Below are positions 50,717 to 64,000 of a stretch of 64,000 bases of DNA, one piece after another. Position 1 is the stretch's first letter; every line of letters starts with the position of its first letter. Where the stretch lies: NCBI RefSeq assembly GCF_009914755.1, contig NC_060927.1, one strand, 5' to 3'. Made by a program: the position numbers and the translations under genes. The stretch is from the human T2T-CHM13v2.0 reference genome, Homo sapiens. A model generated the notes under the pieces. That model was not told the origin of the DNA. It searched no databases and saw only the letters and a list, made by a program, of their open reading frames with translations.

Positions 50717-50874
50717 TAGCCTGAATGATTAACTTTACTCATAAGAGGTTCACAGTAAGACATGTGATTTTTTTTTTTTTTTTTTTTACTCCTTTGCCCT
50801 TGTATGTGACAGATGCTCATTTGTTTGTTGATTAACACCTTTTACACAGCCAACATTAATATCTAGTTATAGCC

Positions 50875-51172
50875 TTTTTTTTTTTTTTTTTTAAACGGAG
50901 TCTTGCTCTGTCGCCCAGGCTGGAGTGCAGTGGCGTGATCTCGGCTCACTGTAAGCTCTGCCTCCTGGGTTCACACCATTCTCCTGCCTCAGCCTCCTGA
51001 GTAGCTGGAACTACAGGTACCCGCCACCACACCTGGCTAATTTTTTGTATTTTTAGTAGAGACGGGGTTTCACCGTGTTAGCCAGGATGGTCTCGATCTC
51101 CTGACGTTGTGATCTGCCCGCCTCGGCCTCCCAAAGTGCTGGGATTACAGGTGTGAGCCACTGCACCTCGCC
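50875..51172 (-). mobile_element. AluY
   Basis: AluY diagnostics; TSD agttatagcc. Confidence 0.92.
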
Positions 51173-51427
51173 AGTTATAGCCATTTTTAAATCAAAAGAC
51201 CACTAGCAGCTGCTGAAAAGTTCTGTCACCTTTAATTCCTCATGTGTAGAGACTCTACCTCTCTCACAGGATTATTTTGAGAATTTAAAATGTTATTGTG
51301 ATAGTTGACTAGGCTTGGTAAACTGTTCAGTGCTGTGCTGATATAAATGTGATAACTGCTGCTCTGTTTCCCAAATTCACAGGCAGAATATGAAATTCTG
51401 TAATCTTGAATCATAATCTTCATCAAG

Positions 51428-51740
51428 GGCCAGGCACCATGGTTCATGCCTGTAATCCCAGCACTTTGGGAAGCTGAGGTGGTCAGATCGCTTGAGCTCA
51501 GGAGTTCAAGACTAGCCTTGGCAACATGGCGAGACCCCATCTCTACAAAAAATACAAAAATTAGCCGGGCCTAGTGGTGCATGCCTGTAATCCCAGCTAC
51601 TCAGGTGGCTGAGGCAAGAGAGTCACTTGAGCCCAGGGAGGCCGAGGCTTTAGTGAGCCGTGATCACTCCACTGCACTCCAGCCTAGGTGGCAGAGTGAG
51701 ACTCAAGTCTCAAAAACAACAAAAAAACCCCCAGACAACA
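51428..51740 (+). mobile_element. AluJb-like
   Basis: TSD cataatcttcatcaag. Confidence 0.9.
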
Positions 51741-51859
51741 AGAAACATAATCTTCATCAAGAACTCTTACCATAATAGAATTTTGACTATTTTTTAAGAT
51801 GCTAATTTATAAGCAATAGGATTATTAGCAATGTCCCTGATTCTACTACATTTTGTCAA

Positions 51860-52320
51860 AGTGGTTATTATTGGTGTATAGCAAAACTATTGATTTTTGT
51901 ATGTTGATTATATTCCACCAGCATTGTTGACCTATCTTGTTAGTTGTAACAGTTTGAAAATTCTTTCAGATTTTCCACGTAGACAGTGGTATCTTTTGCA
52001 AATAACAATAGTTTATACTCTTGTTGTCTGTGTACCTCATTTCTTTTTCTTGTTTTACTGCATTCACTAAGGCTACAAAATAATGTTGAAATGAACTGCT
52101 TATGGAAGATTCCTGAAATTGTTCCTGACTTTGTTAAGAATGAATCTAAAGTTTTACCATTTACCATCATGTTTGCTGTAGATTTTATTAAGGAAGTTCC
52201 CTTTTGTTACTGATTTTCTGTTTTATTAAAATTGTGAGTGAAGGTAAAAAACTTTTTCTGCATCTTTTGAGATGTTTAATTTTTTGTCCTTTTATAAAAA
52301 CTAATAGTGTGGTATATTAA
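51860..52320 (-). mobile_element. Ancient L1M ORF2 (RT) fragment
   Basis: LLLFAKDTTVYVENLKE is a decayed [19 protein letters not shown] motif. Confidence 0.75.
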
Positions 52321-52324
52321 ATTA

Positions 52325-52354
52325 CTATATATATAGTATATATATGTGTGTGTG

Positions 52355-52414
<60 letters not shown>

Positions 52415-52435
52415 CATACATATACATATACACAC
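52325..52435. repeat. Compound (TA)n/(TG)n microsatellite
   Basis: Read directly; adjoins the Alu tail. Confidence 0.93.
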
Positions 52436-52436
52436 A

Positions 52437-52719
52437 TTTTTTTGAGGTGGAGTCTCACTCTGTTGTCCAGGCTGGAGTACAGTAGCACGCTCTCGGCTCA
52501 CTGCAACCTCTGCCTCCCAAGTTTGAGCAGTTCTCCTGCCTTAGCCTCCTGAGTAGCTGGGATTGCAGGCACATGCCACCACACCCAGCTAATTTTTGTA
52601 TTTTTGGCAGAGATGGGGTTTCGCCATGTTGGCCAGGTTGAACTCCTGACCTCAGGTGATCCACTCACCTTGGCCTCCCAAAGTGCTGGGATTACAGGCA
52701 TGAGCCACCACGCCTGGCC
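52437..52719 (-). mobile_element. AluS
   Basis: Reverse Alu. Confidence 0.92.
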
Positions 52720-53865
52720 TTTTTTTCTTATATTGAACCATCCTTGTCTTCCTGAGATAATGTCATTCTCTTCTACCTGTCCCTGGGTAACTATTTAATA
52801 CCATAGTTAAGAATTTGCATTCCTGGGAACTCATGGGATATCATCAGTGGCACTGAACTATTTTTCATGCTACATAAACACCTCAATTATCAGTATTATC
52901 AGGATTGCATGGGAAGGAATACAGAGATCTGTGGTCATAGGCATGAGAGTTACAATGTATGCCCCACAATCATATAGAAGGCAAACATATCAAAGTTTGA
53001 GAAAATTCTATCCTAGAAAGGATTTTAACTGCTTTAAGATTTGCCTGTAACAAATGGGTTATAGTTTAAAGAGGCTGAGTAACACTCTTAGTTTTAATTT
53101 AAAAACTCAAGTTACAGTTATATAAGGCCTTTCAGATGTCTTTTCTATTTCAGATGTTGTAACAGCCAACATAGGTAAGATTTTGTTCCAAAGCAGGTAT
53201 TTTCATTTCCTTGTTTGTGACTACAAACACAGTAATGTGTTGCCCGTATCCATGCAGAAATGCAGGAGTGGGCTGATTTGTGATGCATCCTGCAGTCCTG
53301 CCTGTCATCTTGAATCATTAAATCTTCCCTGCTTTGCCTGTTACTTGAAGATCACCCACGTGTGGTCCCTTCTGCTTCAATTGTGGGCCTTCTGTTGCCT
53401 TCTCATGTTGGGGACCAACATGAGAAGTAAACGAACAACTTAATGAAGTAAAGTTCTGTTTACTCTTCTGGTTTGAAAGATAACCATTTCACGGGGCAAG
53501 GTTTTCTGCACTGAATCTTCTTTATAGCCTGCAACAATATTGACTTCATTCAACAAATATATCTTGAGCTGCTGTTATTAAATCAGCAAGGAGCAGCCCC
53601 TGCTTATGTGCCCAGGTTTATTGAAGTCATAATGGCACATACTTTAAAAAAACATAAGATAGCTATCTTACCTTCAGAGGAATCGCAGTCAGTCACTTAC
53701 AGTCACCAATATCCGGGAAGTCAGATGGTCACGTACCTCCTATGTGTCAGCCATCATCAGAGACCTTGAGAAGCCTACAGAGAAAAATGCTTACCTCTGA
53801 TATCACAGTCTGACATAGAGTCTACCAGAGGACACAATACAAAATGCATATAGAAAGTTAAAATA

Positions 53866-54193
<328 letters not shown>

Positions 54194-56039
54194 TCACAAT
54201 TCAGGGACACAGCAGAAGATAAGTCATAAATAAGATGTTGGACTCATGACTGCATATTCGGTCAGACTGTCAGCTGGAGGGAGAGAGGTACAGATAGGCT
54301 TTCTGCAGAATGGATGGGAACTGCAAAGGTGGGCCTGGAGGACATTTCAGGTAGAAGAAATACCATATGGAAGGCACTGTGGAAAAAAGGGGGCGGTACA
54401 TTCAGGTGACAGTGGAAACTACACGTGTAGGTGGACAGGAGGGCATGGGAGGGGGACGGGGCAAGGAAGGCCTGGGAATGAAGAGGCTGAGGCTGACATC
54501 CTGGGGCACCTCCAAAGCCAGCCAGGTTGAAGAGTTGGGAGTTTGCTTTGTTTTTTAAGACTTAACAAATAAATATTTAAAGATAATATATAGCCCTTTT
54601 TGAAAGTAATTAAGATCATTGATTGGGAGGAAAAATCCAATAACATTTAGGAACCGTAACACAAGAGAAGCTGCTTGCCCCTCCTACCACAAGCAGTAAA
54701 GCCTATAGATGACATTGATTTTATGTTCCCAGATACGTGGCTTCAAACAGAGAATTGTTTTAAGTCTTAGTCATATGAATGAAGGGCCTTCTTCAAAATC
54801 AGGACTTAGAAATACAGCAGCTTGTCCTGTTGGCCTTGGGCTGGTAGTCAGATGAGGTCAAGGGCTTGTTTTCATGAGGGAGACTTGTTAAATACTTGGA
54901 AGTATACGATGTTATCAGCAACGTGAAGTTTGTCCCTGTGACCACCTGGCTCTTGAATACCACAGCCTTAAAAATAGGGAACTTCTTGATTTTTTTCTCA
55001 TAATTGAGGCTTCACCTGGTTAGCAACGTCCTGGTCTCTTCAGTGGCAAGCATGGCAGGGGACACCCCACACGTCATCGTGGTAGCAGTGGGAGGGGACA
55101 GGGCAGAAAGGACCAGAGAGTTGATGTCTCTGCCCGAAGGTACCAAGGATGCTGAGATGGCTCTGTGCTCGTCAGCCCCTCAGGTGTTGGCTCTGTCACC
55201 TTTTGCTCCTTTGCCCTTTTCTTACTCACCCTAGCATGACCCATCTGCACCACCATCCTCTTGCCCAGGAGACAGGAGGGGCCCAGAGACTTCCTTCTCA
55301 CTCCTTTTCTTTTGAAAGTGCATGTATGTGTTTTGGACAGAGGAGGACCTTCTACTTGGATCAGAGGTGTCGTTGGCTTTTTTGAGGACGCCTCTCGGTC
55401 TTGGCTGGAGGGTGGTGGTTGCAGGCAGGCCTGAGAACTGGATGACCCATGCAGAAAGAGCCAGCACAGATGTGTTATAATACCCTTCCCACCTCAGCAG
55501 ACATGACTAAACAAACTCTGTCTGCTTTGAACAATTAAAGCATTTGTCAGAGCGGCTCCCAGAGAGAGCGAGGCCCTGCAAGCAGTGGCATGCTCTCAGA
55601 GGAAAGCAGTGTGTGTGCGGTGCGCGTGCAGTCCCTGTGCTGTTAGCAGGCTGCCTGGCCGTACTCCGAGAAGCACTCTGCATCGCCACCTTCTGCATTT
55701 AAACAGCCAGAATGACCTGAGCTTGGGTACAGGAGTGTAGCTTCCAGACTGTCTTTCATCAGTTTTGAGAAACTTGGATGCTGAATTGGGAAATGATGAT
55801 TTGCTTTAAAGAAATGCAAGAAATGCAAAGATAAATACAAGAAAAACCCCAATTCTTTCCAGTCGGCACCCATTCCAGACTTGATGGTGAAATGAATCCC
55901 CTCCTCTGAGACCAACCGCTGTTGCCCTCCTGACCCCACCCTCCAGCAGTGACCCCCACTGAGCCAGTATCTTTCTCTCTTCAATCCTTCTTAATAATAA
56001 ATAATAATTTCCACGTTCTACCTTTAAAATGAAGCCTGA

Positions 56040-56340
<301 letters not shown>

Positions 56341-56841
56341 TCACCGTGGTCCTGGCTAAGTGTCTGCTCACCACAGGACTATGGAGTCGGCAGAGCGGGC
56401 TTCTTGCCTCTCTGGCTGGTTGGCAGGGAAGGGCTGAGGCACAGAGAAGTTATTCTCCTGCCTGGTGCTGTCAGCAGTAGGTACAGAGTCAAGACTAAAA
56501 CCCCGTTGTTCTGCCCCAGGTCTGGCAGTCTAGAAGAAGGGGGGGCTGTGCAGGGTACCCAGCCAAGGCAGAGTCCAGAGGAAGTCAAGGAAGAGTATGA
56601 ATGTGAGTGTGGGGCAGGGAGCACTGTGCATTAGCCTGAGAGGTGGGGGGCACAGAGGAACAGGTCACTTAATGCTTGGCACTTAGGTCTGAGCCTGTTT
56701 ATGAATGCACTGGGGTGCAACCCACCTGGCAAGGCAAAGCACCTTCCTGAGGTCCCACCACCCCCTGTGTGCCAGTCCATTACTGGCTGGCATTAGGGTG
56801 CTCACCTCTCTGTAGATTTCCTTAAGCCCAAGGGGCAATCA

Positions 56842-57208
<367 letters not shown>

Positions 57209-57760
57209 GTCTAATAACAGAGCAGCTAACATTTATTGAGTGCTTACTGTGTGCCAAGCACTGCGCTAAACACTTTGTTGGCATCATTTTATCAAATTTC
57301 TCCCAGAATCTTCTCTTAGAAAATGATTAGTTGTTTTGACTTAGAAACTAAAATATTGGATTTTATTCCTCCTCCTCCTCTTCCTCCTCTCCCCTCCGCC
57401 CCACACGCCACCCTGTAAGGGACTGTGGGGCGCTGCAGGGCTGGGGTTCTTGCCCCCAAGGTTCCTAAGAGTCAAAAGAAGATTTGCTCATTCAACAAGC
57501 GTGTATTGAGTATGATTTCTGATTTGTTGAGCATTTATTGATGCAATGCACCACATGAGATGCTGCAGACACAAAACTAATGCATACTCGCTGATCTCAA
57601 GGAGCCGGCACACATCATCTGCAAGGGACAAACCGGAAGTGTTGTGTGCTATGGCCCAAAACAGAGGAGGAAACGGAGGAGGACAGAGCTGAGTCTGGAA
57701 AGAGGAGGTGGAGGCAGAGAGAGGGAGATGGAATCAGTGGTGAGGAACACAGGCTTCTCA

Positions 57761-58050
57761 GGCTGGGTGCAGTGCCTCATGCCTGTAATCCCAGTGCTTT
57801 GGGAGGCCAAGGTAGGAGGATTGCTTGAGCCCAGGAGTTAGAGACCAGCCTGGGCAACATGGCAACGTCCTGTCCGTTCATAAAATTCAAAAATTAGCCA
57901 GGTGTGGTGGTGCGCACCTGTGGTTTCAGCTACTCAAGAGGCTGAGGCAGGAACACTGCTTGAGTCCCCAAGGCCGAGGCTACAGTGAGTCATGACTGTG
58001 CCACTGCACTCCAGTCTAGGTGACAGAGTGAGACCTGTCGTAAAAAACGA
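57761..58050 (+). mobile_element. AluJ
   Basis: AluJ diagnostics; TSD-like aacac(ag/ca)gcttctc. Confidence 0.88.
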
Positions 58051-61000
58051 AACAACACCAGCTTCTCTCCCAAGAAATGAGGTTAACAATAACACCATCT
58101 CCCCTTGTGGCAAGGATGGGTCTAGATACTGCATGAGATGTCGTTAGCATGGTGCCTGAAATGCAATCAGCAGTTGGTAAAAATGAATTATTTTGTTGAG
58201 AGTTAAAAGTGCTTTGGAGGAGGACCTGAGTCTTGTTATCTTTGCACCACCCCAGCCCCCAGAGTCAGCACTGCCTCACATGAACACCGTGCCCCAGGAT
58301 GCTAGCTAGTAAGGTGTCACAGACAGGGTGGCGAGGAGAAGCAAGCCCCAGCCTGAGCGGGAATGACTGGAGGAAAGGTCAGAGACAGAGCAGCCCGGAG
58401 GTGCGCTGGTGCGCAGAGCAGACAGTGGAGGGTTCAGTGGGCAGTGCTCTTCACCCCGGGTCTGAATAATGCCCGGGGCTTGGGAGGCCCCTTTGGCTGG
58501 GCACTTTCTCAGGGTGGCCATGCTGAGCTGCTGACCCCCAAGCCCTCCTCTCCAGCTCCCTTTCATCATCACCGTGAGTGTTCATTTAAACTCAGCAAGA
58601 CCCATGCCAACAAAAACAAAGAAAATGATCTCTTAGTGGTTATTTATATGGTAAACCTCCTCTGGGGTGATTTTTTTTCCAGTCCAGCTTGCAATAATTT
58701 CTTAAGAAAGATAAAGTGATTTTTAAGTGTAATTTTAAGGAGCAGGCCCATACGTTAGCTTGCTTGCTGTTATTCTTCTGTTCATGTTGTTCACAACATG
58801 AACTTTGATTTGTCTTCTCCAGGTAGTTTGGGACCACAGAGAAAAATCCCCCTTCTGTTAAAAAAAAAAAAAAAAGCCATTACACAAATACTTGAAAGCA
58901 GAAACTCTTCTCTGAAATCTTCTCTGAAATGACGAAAAACTCATTAAAAACTGCTTCCTGAGAAGGTAGAACAGATGCAAGGGAACACATGGAGCTGATT
59001 CTTTAAAGATGTTATTTTTTGAAGCCACAGTTGTTATTTCTTTTCTGTTAGCCAAAATGTAGCCTTACATTTTGAACTTAGCACCTCATATTTATCAGCA
59101 GAGAAACAGAAAAGAGTAAAACAAAAGAAACTAGAAGCAGAAAACTCTGAATTGTTTATAAAATGGGCTTTAAAAATACTTATTAAGAGAATGAACCATG
59201 CTTTCCTATTTTGCTCTTAAAAATTTAAGCACTTTCAAGTGATGGCTGATTAAAAAAACTTGGAGCGCATCTTGAGGCCCAGGTTTCCCACCATCAGAAA
59301 TGTGCAGCCACAAAGGAAAAGTCCAGAATTTCAGCACTTGTGAGCCGTGCCACTGTCAGAGTTGGAAAAGTACTAGCCAGCAGAAAGCCTCCTCCTCCCC
59401 CCCCAGGGGAAAGCTGCCAGCCTATCCAGTTGGCACAGCCATGCCCCTTTGCCCAGGGCTTGTCACCTGCACACACAGATGAGGATGTTCAATCTGAATG
59501 AGAAAGGAACTGGAGATTCCAGCAGCACCCTAGGTCTAGGAGTGAAAAGCTCCCAGAGTCTTAGCACTGTGCCCTTCTGCCGCAAGCTGGACTGAGTCGA
59601 TTCTGCGGCAGCAGGCAGATGCCCGTTCTGCAAAGGCATCTATATTTAGGTAGGGACACCAGCTTGCCAAGGTAAAGAAGGGCATGATGGGCGTCGCCTC
59701 AGAATGCTGTTGGTCTTGGAACAGAGGCCCTCAGCATCTGTCCTCACATCTTCTGCTCACAGGCAGGTCCTGTGTTGCCCTGTGGGTTAGACATGCTCAT
59801 GGAGGAGAGGACACCTCCCCAGAGCCAAGGCGGTCTGGAACGCATCAGGGTTCTTCCTGAATGTGCGTCCTTCATGCCGGGTGGCTACGTGCCGCCAGGC
59901 AGGGACTGCATACTGCGGTTTCGTAGTCGCTGTGCTAAGGGGAGCTGCCACACGCCGTCTGTTAGCAGGACATGGAGTTGGGCCCCAAATGGCCCTAGTG
60001 GTGTCAAAAGCAGATGTCTTCAACCCACAGTGGGACGCTGCTCCCTCCCAGCGCAGCCTGGTAGGCCTCTTGACCACCTGGGGGGAGTCACTGTCTGCCT
60101 CGAGGCACCTGGCCACTTTGGGACTGCACAGCACCCCTTCTACCCTAGGGAGGAGTAGCTCAGCTCAGCTCTTCTTCCCCAGGCTCAGCCCAATGCGCTT
60201 CAGGCCCACGTAGGCGCAGCCCTGCTGCGGAGGCGCCTCTGCCTTTCCCTTTGTGACTTCCTGGCAGAAGCCTCCACTCCAGCTGCAATTCAGTGCTCAT
60301 CTTGCACATTCTCATCCCAAGGTCTTTGCTCCCTTAATGGCCCCAGCTGTATGGTCCTATCCCTGCCCTTGCGGGTCACCTCCTCAGGAAATCTGTAAAG
60401 GCCCAGCGGATTCTTCCTAAGATGTGTTGCTTGGGGGCCCCCCTTGAGGCTGACATTTCTGCTGGAATATTTCATCCTTCGGGGCCTGGACCCGGGCCAT
60501 GCCCTGCTGAGCCTTAGCTGAGTGCCCAGCCCTTTGCCCCCTCTAGCTCAGGCCAGTCTTTGCACCCCTTCATCAGACACCCTGCCTGGTGTCATCTGAG
60601 GTGTCCTTTACCTGCCTGGCTGGACTGAAGGCTCTCAGAGGGAAAGGCCATCTCGTGTTACTCATCTCTGTCTCCCAGTGGCACCCAGCATGGTGCCCAA
60701 GTCCCTGTGGAGGAACCCTGGCTTTTGTGATTCTCAAAGTCTTCTGCGTCGGCCCTCCCTGAGCAGGTTTGTATGGCAATCACAGGGGCCAGGCAGGTCT
60801 CAGAGCAGGCTCTCTTTGATGGATTAGGGGGAGGTGGTGACAGTGGGACAGTAGCCCTGCCTGGGGACTCTCAGGCCAGTGAACCGAGGGGACAGCTACA
60901 AGCCCTACAGGAGGACTCAGCTCTTCAGCAGTGGACTTGACTGATGATTGACAGATGAGGCACACAGGGTCCCTCTGAGGAGGGCTCGGCCCTCTCTCTT

Positions 61001-62224
61001 TTCAACCAGGCTCCTTGGTAAAGAAGCGGGGGCGTGCGCTGGGGGGAGAACCTTGTGTTCTCAGTCTTAGGAGAGCTGTTCTCAATTCCCGCCTTCCCAA
61101 GAGCCCTCTGGGGCATTTCAGAACTCCCGTGGACCTGCCAGCTTCGCACCCTTGCTTGAATGGTGAAGCATATCAGTCCTTTTTAAAGAGTGTCTGCAGA
61201 TCCCCTAAAACAGGAGCCCCAAAGCTTATGCTCCTTAGCAGAGAAAAGATGATTCCATGTGGGATGACGCAGCGTTGCCTGCCAAACCAGCCATCAGGCC
61301 ATCCAGTGCAGCTGTGGGCCCAGGAGCCCCCCAACTGCTGGGGCCTCCATCTCCATGGGTTCTAAAGGAAAGGGGCCTCATAACTGGCTAGTTGGGGCAA
61401 GGAGACCACCCTCCCAGCCCAGCCAGGCTGTTTTCTCAGGGCTGGTCTGTGAGGGGGAGGAATTAGAAAGGACTGCCCCCGGGCCAGGGGAGTGGGATTG
61501 GAGGAGAACCGAGAGGTTTTCAGTAGATTGAGAGGCTCATTAGGGGTGAACTAGGTAGCCAAAGAAACATCTTTAAGAACTGCAGTTACTGAATACAGCC
61601 CCTCATCAGCGCTGAGGTTGGTCCACTTAACCTTTGGTCCACTTAACCTTGCTATCAATGTGGGCTCAGGGAATGTGCCTGCCAGGACAGGAAGACAGCC
61701 TTGGGCTACCGGCTCCACCTGGCCAGCGCCCTGTTCCCACAGCAGGACCAGCTCCTTCCTAACTGCTTTTGTTTTGTCCTGGGACAGAGCCTGGATTTTG
61801 GGTTAAGTTTGTGCCTTCCAGGCTGGGGAAGAAGCCAAAACTTCTGTTTCCCATGCAAAACGCCACCACACACCTAGGGAGGATGTTTGTGTTCCACGGA
61901 GGTCGCCACCCATCTGTTTTCAGAGTAAACGTTTGTGTGAGCGCACTCTGGCGGGGAGTCCCGAGAGCGGACCCTCTTGCCACTGCACCCATAGGTGCGG
62001 AACGAACCTGCTGCCCCGACCCTGCGGCTCCGACCGGGGCCGAGCAGCGAAGGACCACCCTGGTCTGGTCACCTACGATTCTGGGTCCAGCTCAGCTGGT
62101 GACCTTGCTTAGGCCACACCCCTCTCTGAGCCTCCATCTTCCCTTCAGCAGCTGTGTAGGGTGAACTTAATGTTGTGCAAGATCATGTCCAGCTCTGGAA
62201 TTTTAGGATTATGAGCTTATTTAC

Positions 62225-62826
62225 GATCAGCCTGTTGATTCTACCTCTAAAATATAATCTGAACCCGTATACTCCCCTCCATGTCTCCTGGTACTCCATG
62301 ATCTTGTCGCTTCCTGCCCGAGTTCTGCAGTTTAGAATAAACCCAGGCCCCTCTCCGCGGACCCTCTGATGGCAGACCTCCATCCCTCTGCACAGGGCCT
62401 CACCCACCCAGCCACGTGCTCTGCTGTCAGCCCCCCGGAGCCCCTGGGATCTTTGCACCTGCTGTTTTCTCCGTAGAGAGCTGCCCTCCCTCCACTCCTG
62501 GACGGGCTGGCTCCTTCCTTCCTTCCCATCTTTCAGAGCTCAGCTTCAAGTGTTGGCTCCACTGAGAGGCCTTACCCCCAAGTCCCTTTCTAAAAGAACT
62601 GTTCCTCCATCATTCCACCTCTCACCCCATTTTTTTCCTATATTTTGTAGCTCTTTCCTTGGGTGGATCTGGTTTTGTGTTAGTCTCTTGTCACCTCCAC
62701 TAGGCAGGGACCTCCCAGGGCAGGGACGGACGCACCTGTCCCAGTCATGGCTGATCAGCGAGAGCCAAACATATCATAGCACATGGGGTACTGTAGGTGT
62801 TCAAAGGATGCTGGCTGAATGGATGG
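62225..62826 (+). mobile_element. L2 3' end, degraded
   Basis: ctgttgattctacctctaaaata, tctttgcacctgctgtt, ctcccagggcaggga and terminal gtaggtgttcaaaggatgctggctgaatggatg. Confidence 0.7.
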
Positions 62827-63019
62827 AGACTTCCTTCATAGAGCCCCATTTTCCTTCCTGATTTCTTAGTCTCAGTTCCCATTTTCTCTCAAAGATCCAG
62901 GGGTCACAATGAGAGTGATTATAAAACAAACTACACATGCAACACGAACTCCTCAGTCAATCCCAAGAGGGCTCTCACTCCACACTTCATCATCTGCCCT
63001 GTGACCTCAGATTAAAACT

Positions 63020-63245
63020 CAGGCTTAACATTTCCTGAGGCCCTGCTCGGTGCCAGGTTCTGGGTCTGTGCTTTCCAGTTGTTTTATGTATCCTTGATAA
63101 CCTCTGTATGGTTGGTGGTAAAATGGAGAGATGTATTTTCCTGCGGGGAAACTGAGTCCTGAGAAACGAGCTAGCCCACAGAGAGCTGGTGGCTGGTAGA
63201 GCCCGGATCCAAAATTGGGAGCGTCTTGCCCCAAGTCCAGTGCTG
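63020..63245 (-). mobile_element. MIR
   Basis: ggggaaactgagtcctgaga ... ggtggctggtagagcccggat. Confidence 0.65.
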
Positions 63246-63699
63246 TTTCCTTTATACCCAATGCCACAGAGCCAAAGTGGTACCTGGCCGAGATCTGGCC
63301 CTGAATGTAGAAGAGGCCAGGGAAAGGTGGAGGGAAGAGGGCATAGGTCCCAGTGTGGGATTCCAGATGACCCCTGTTGTCCAGCTGGCTAGGAGATATG
63401 TGGACCCCAGGGCTGACAGATGTTCCTGAGGGCCACAGGGAACCTGACGGAAGGTTGGTGGCATTTCTAGAGGCAAGTGGTCAGAGAGAGCATGGGGGTT
63501 TTGTGGGGACTGGGAATAACCGAGGGCCTCGTGGCAGGCTGGGTGGCACTGCCCTCTCAACGCTGACCTGTCAGCTGGTTCAGGAAGGCCTTTCTGAGGC
63601 CAGCACAGACTCTATCACACCATGGACCTTCAAGGGATAGCTCTCTTGGCAAAACACCCTTTTGCCAGACCTAATTGCCAGAAGCTGCAGTGGAAATGA

Positions 63700-63820
63700 G
63701 AACCCAGGATATGGGACGAGACAGACCTATGTGTGGATCTCAGCTCTGCCATTTGCTAGCTGTGTGGCCCTGACAGTCACCTGCCTTGTGAGCTCTGAGT
63801 TCCTTAAGTGTAAAAATGCC
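63700..63820 (+). mobile_element. MIR
   Basis: atctcagctctgccatttgctagctgtgtggcc ... tgtaaaaatg. Confidence 0.65.
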
Positions 63821-63878
63821 ATGGTATGGTAGAGAGGAAAGAGACTCATATTTGAATATGACACAGAATAGGCCCTTA

Positions 63879-64000
63879 GTGCCAGCCTCAGGGGCTCACA
63901 CCTGTAATCCCAGCACTTTGGGAGGCCAAGGCAGGCAGGTTGCTGAAGCCCAGGAGTTCGAGACCACCCTGGTCAGTGTGATGAAACTCCGTCTCTAAAA
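63879..64000 (+). mobile_element. Alu left arm, cut by the window edge
   Basis: ggctcacacctgtaatcccagcactttgggagg. Confidence 0.88.

Noticed and set aside
59772-60213. Overlapping 115-128 aa ORFs in GC-rich unique DNA
   Set aside because: Open on both strands with no recognisable domain; expected by chance at this GC content.

Overview
Human genomic DNA (the human-specific SVA_F1 element fixes the species). The window is repeat-rich and apparently intronic or intergenic. I find no intact protein-coding gene and cannot name the locus; the long ORFs in the track derive from L1, SVA, Alu or LTR sequence. The centrepiece is a nested retroelement stack at 9252-18849, all on the minus strand: an ERV1 solo LTR (LTR28/LTR27-like) split by a full-length, dead L1PA3, which itself carries a MAST2-exon-1/SVA chimera (SVA_F1) and an ectopic 87-bp piece of L1 5'UTR inside ORF2. 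Part of that piece is missing from this element's own 5'UTR. The SVA_F1 has a 19-nt non-MAST2 5' leader that looks like a transduced source-locus TSD. Other notable items: two independent LTR12 solo LTRs only 340 bp apart, each with its own 4-bp TSD; an L1PA2 fragment with a 13-nt twin-priming inversion; a (TA)42 tract; a candidate developmental enhancer and a candidate non-coding exon in the first 2.3 kb; and about 30 Alus plus MIR/L2/HAL1/hAT relics. Subfamily names come from recalled consensus sequences, not from a database search. I see no evidence of a wholly new biological system; the best leads are mechanistic footprints of retrotransposition.
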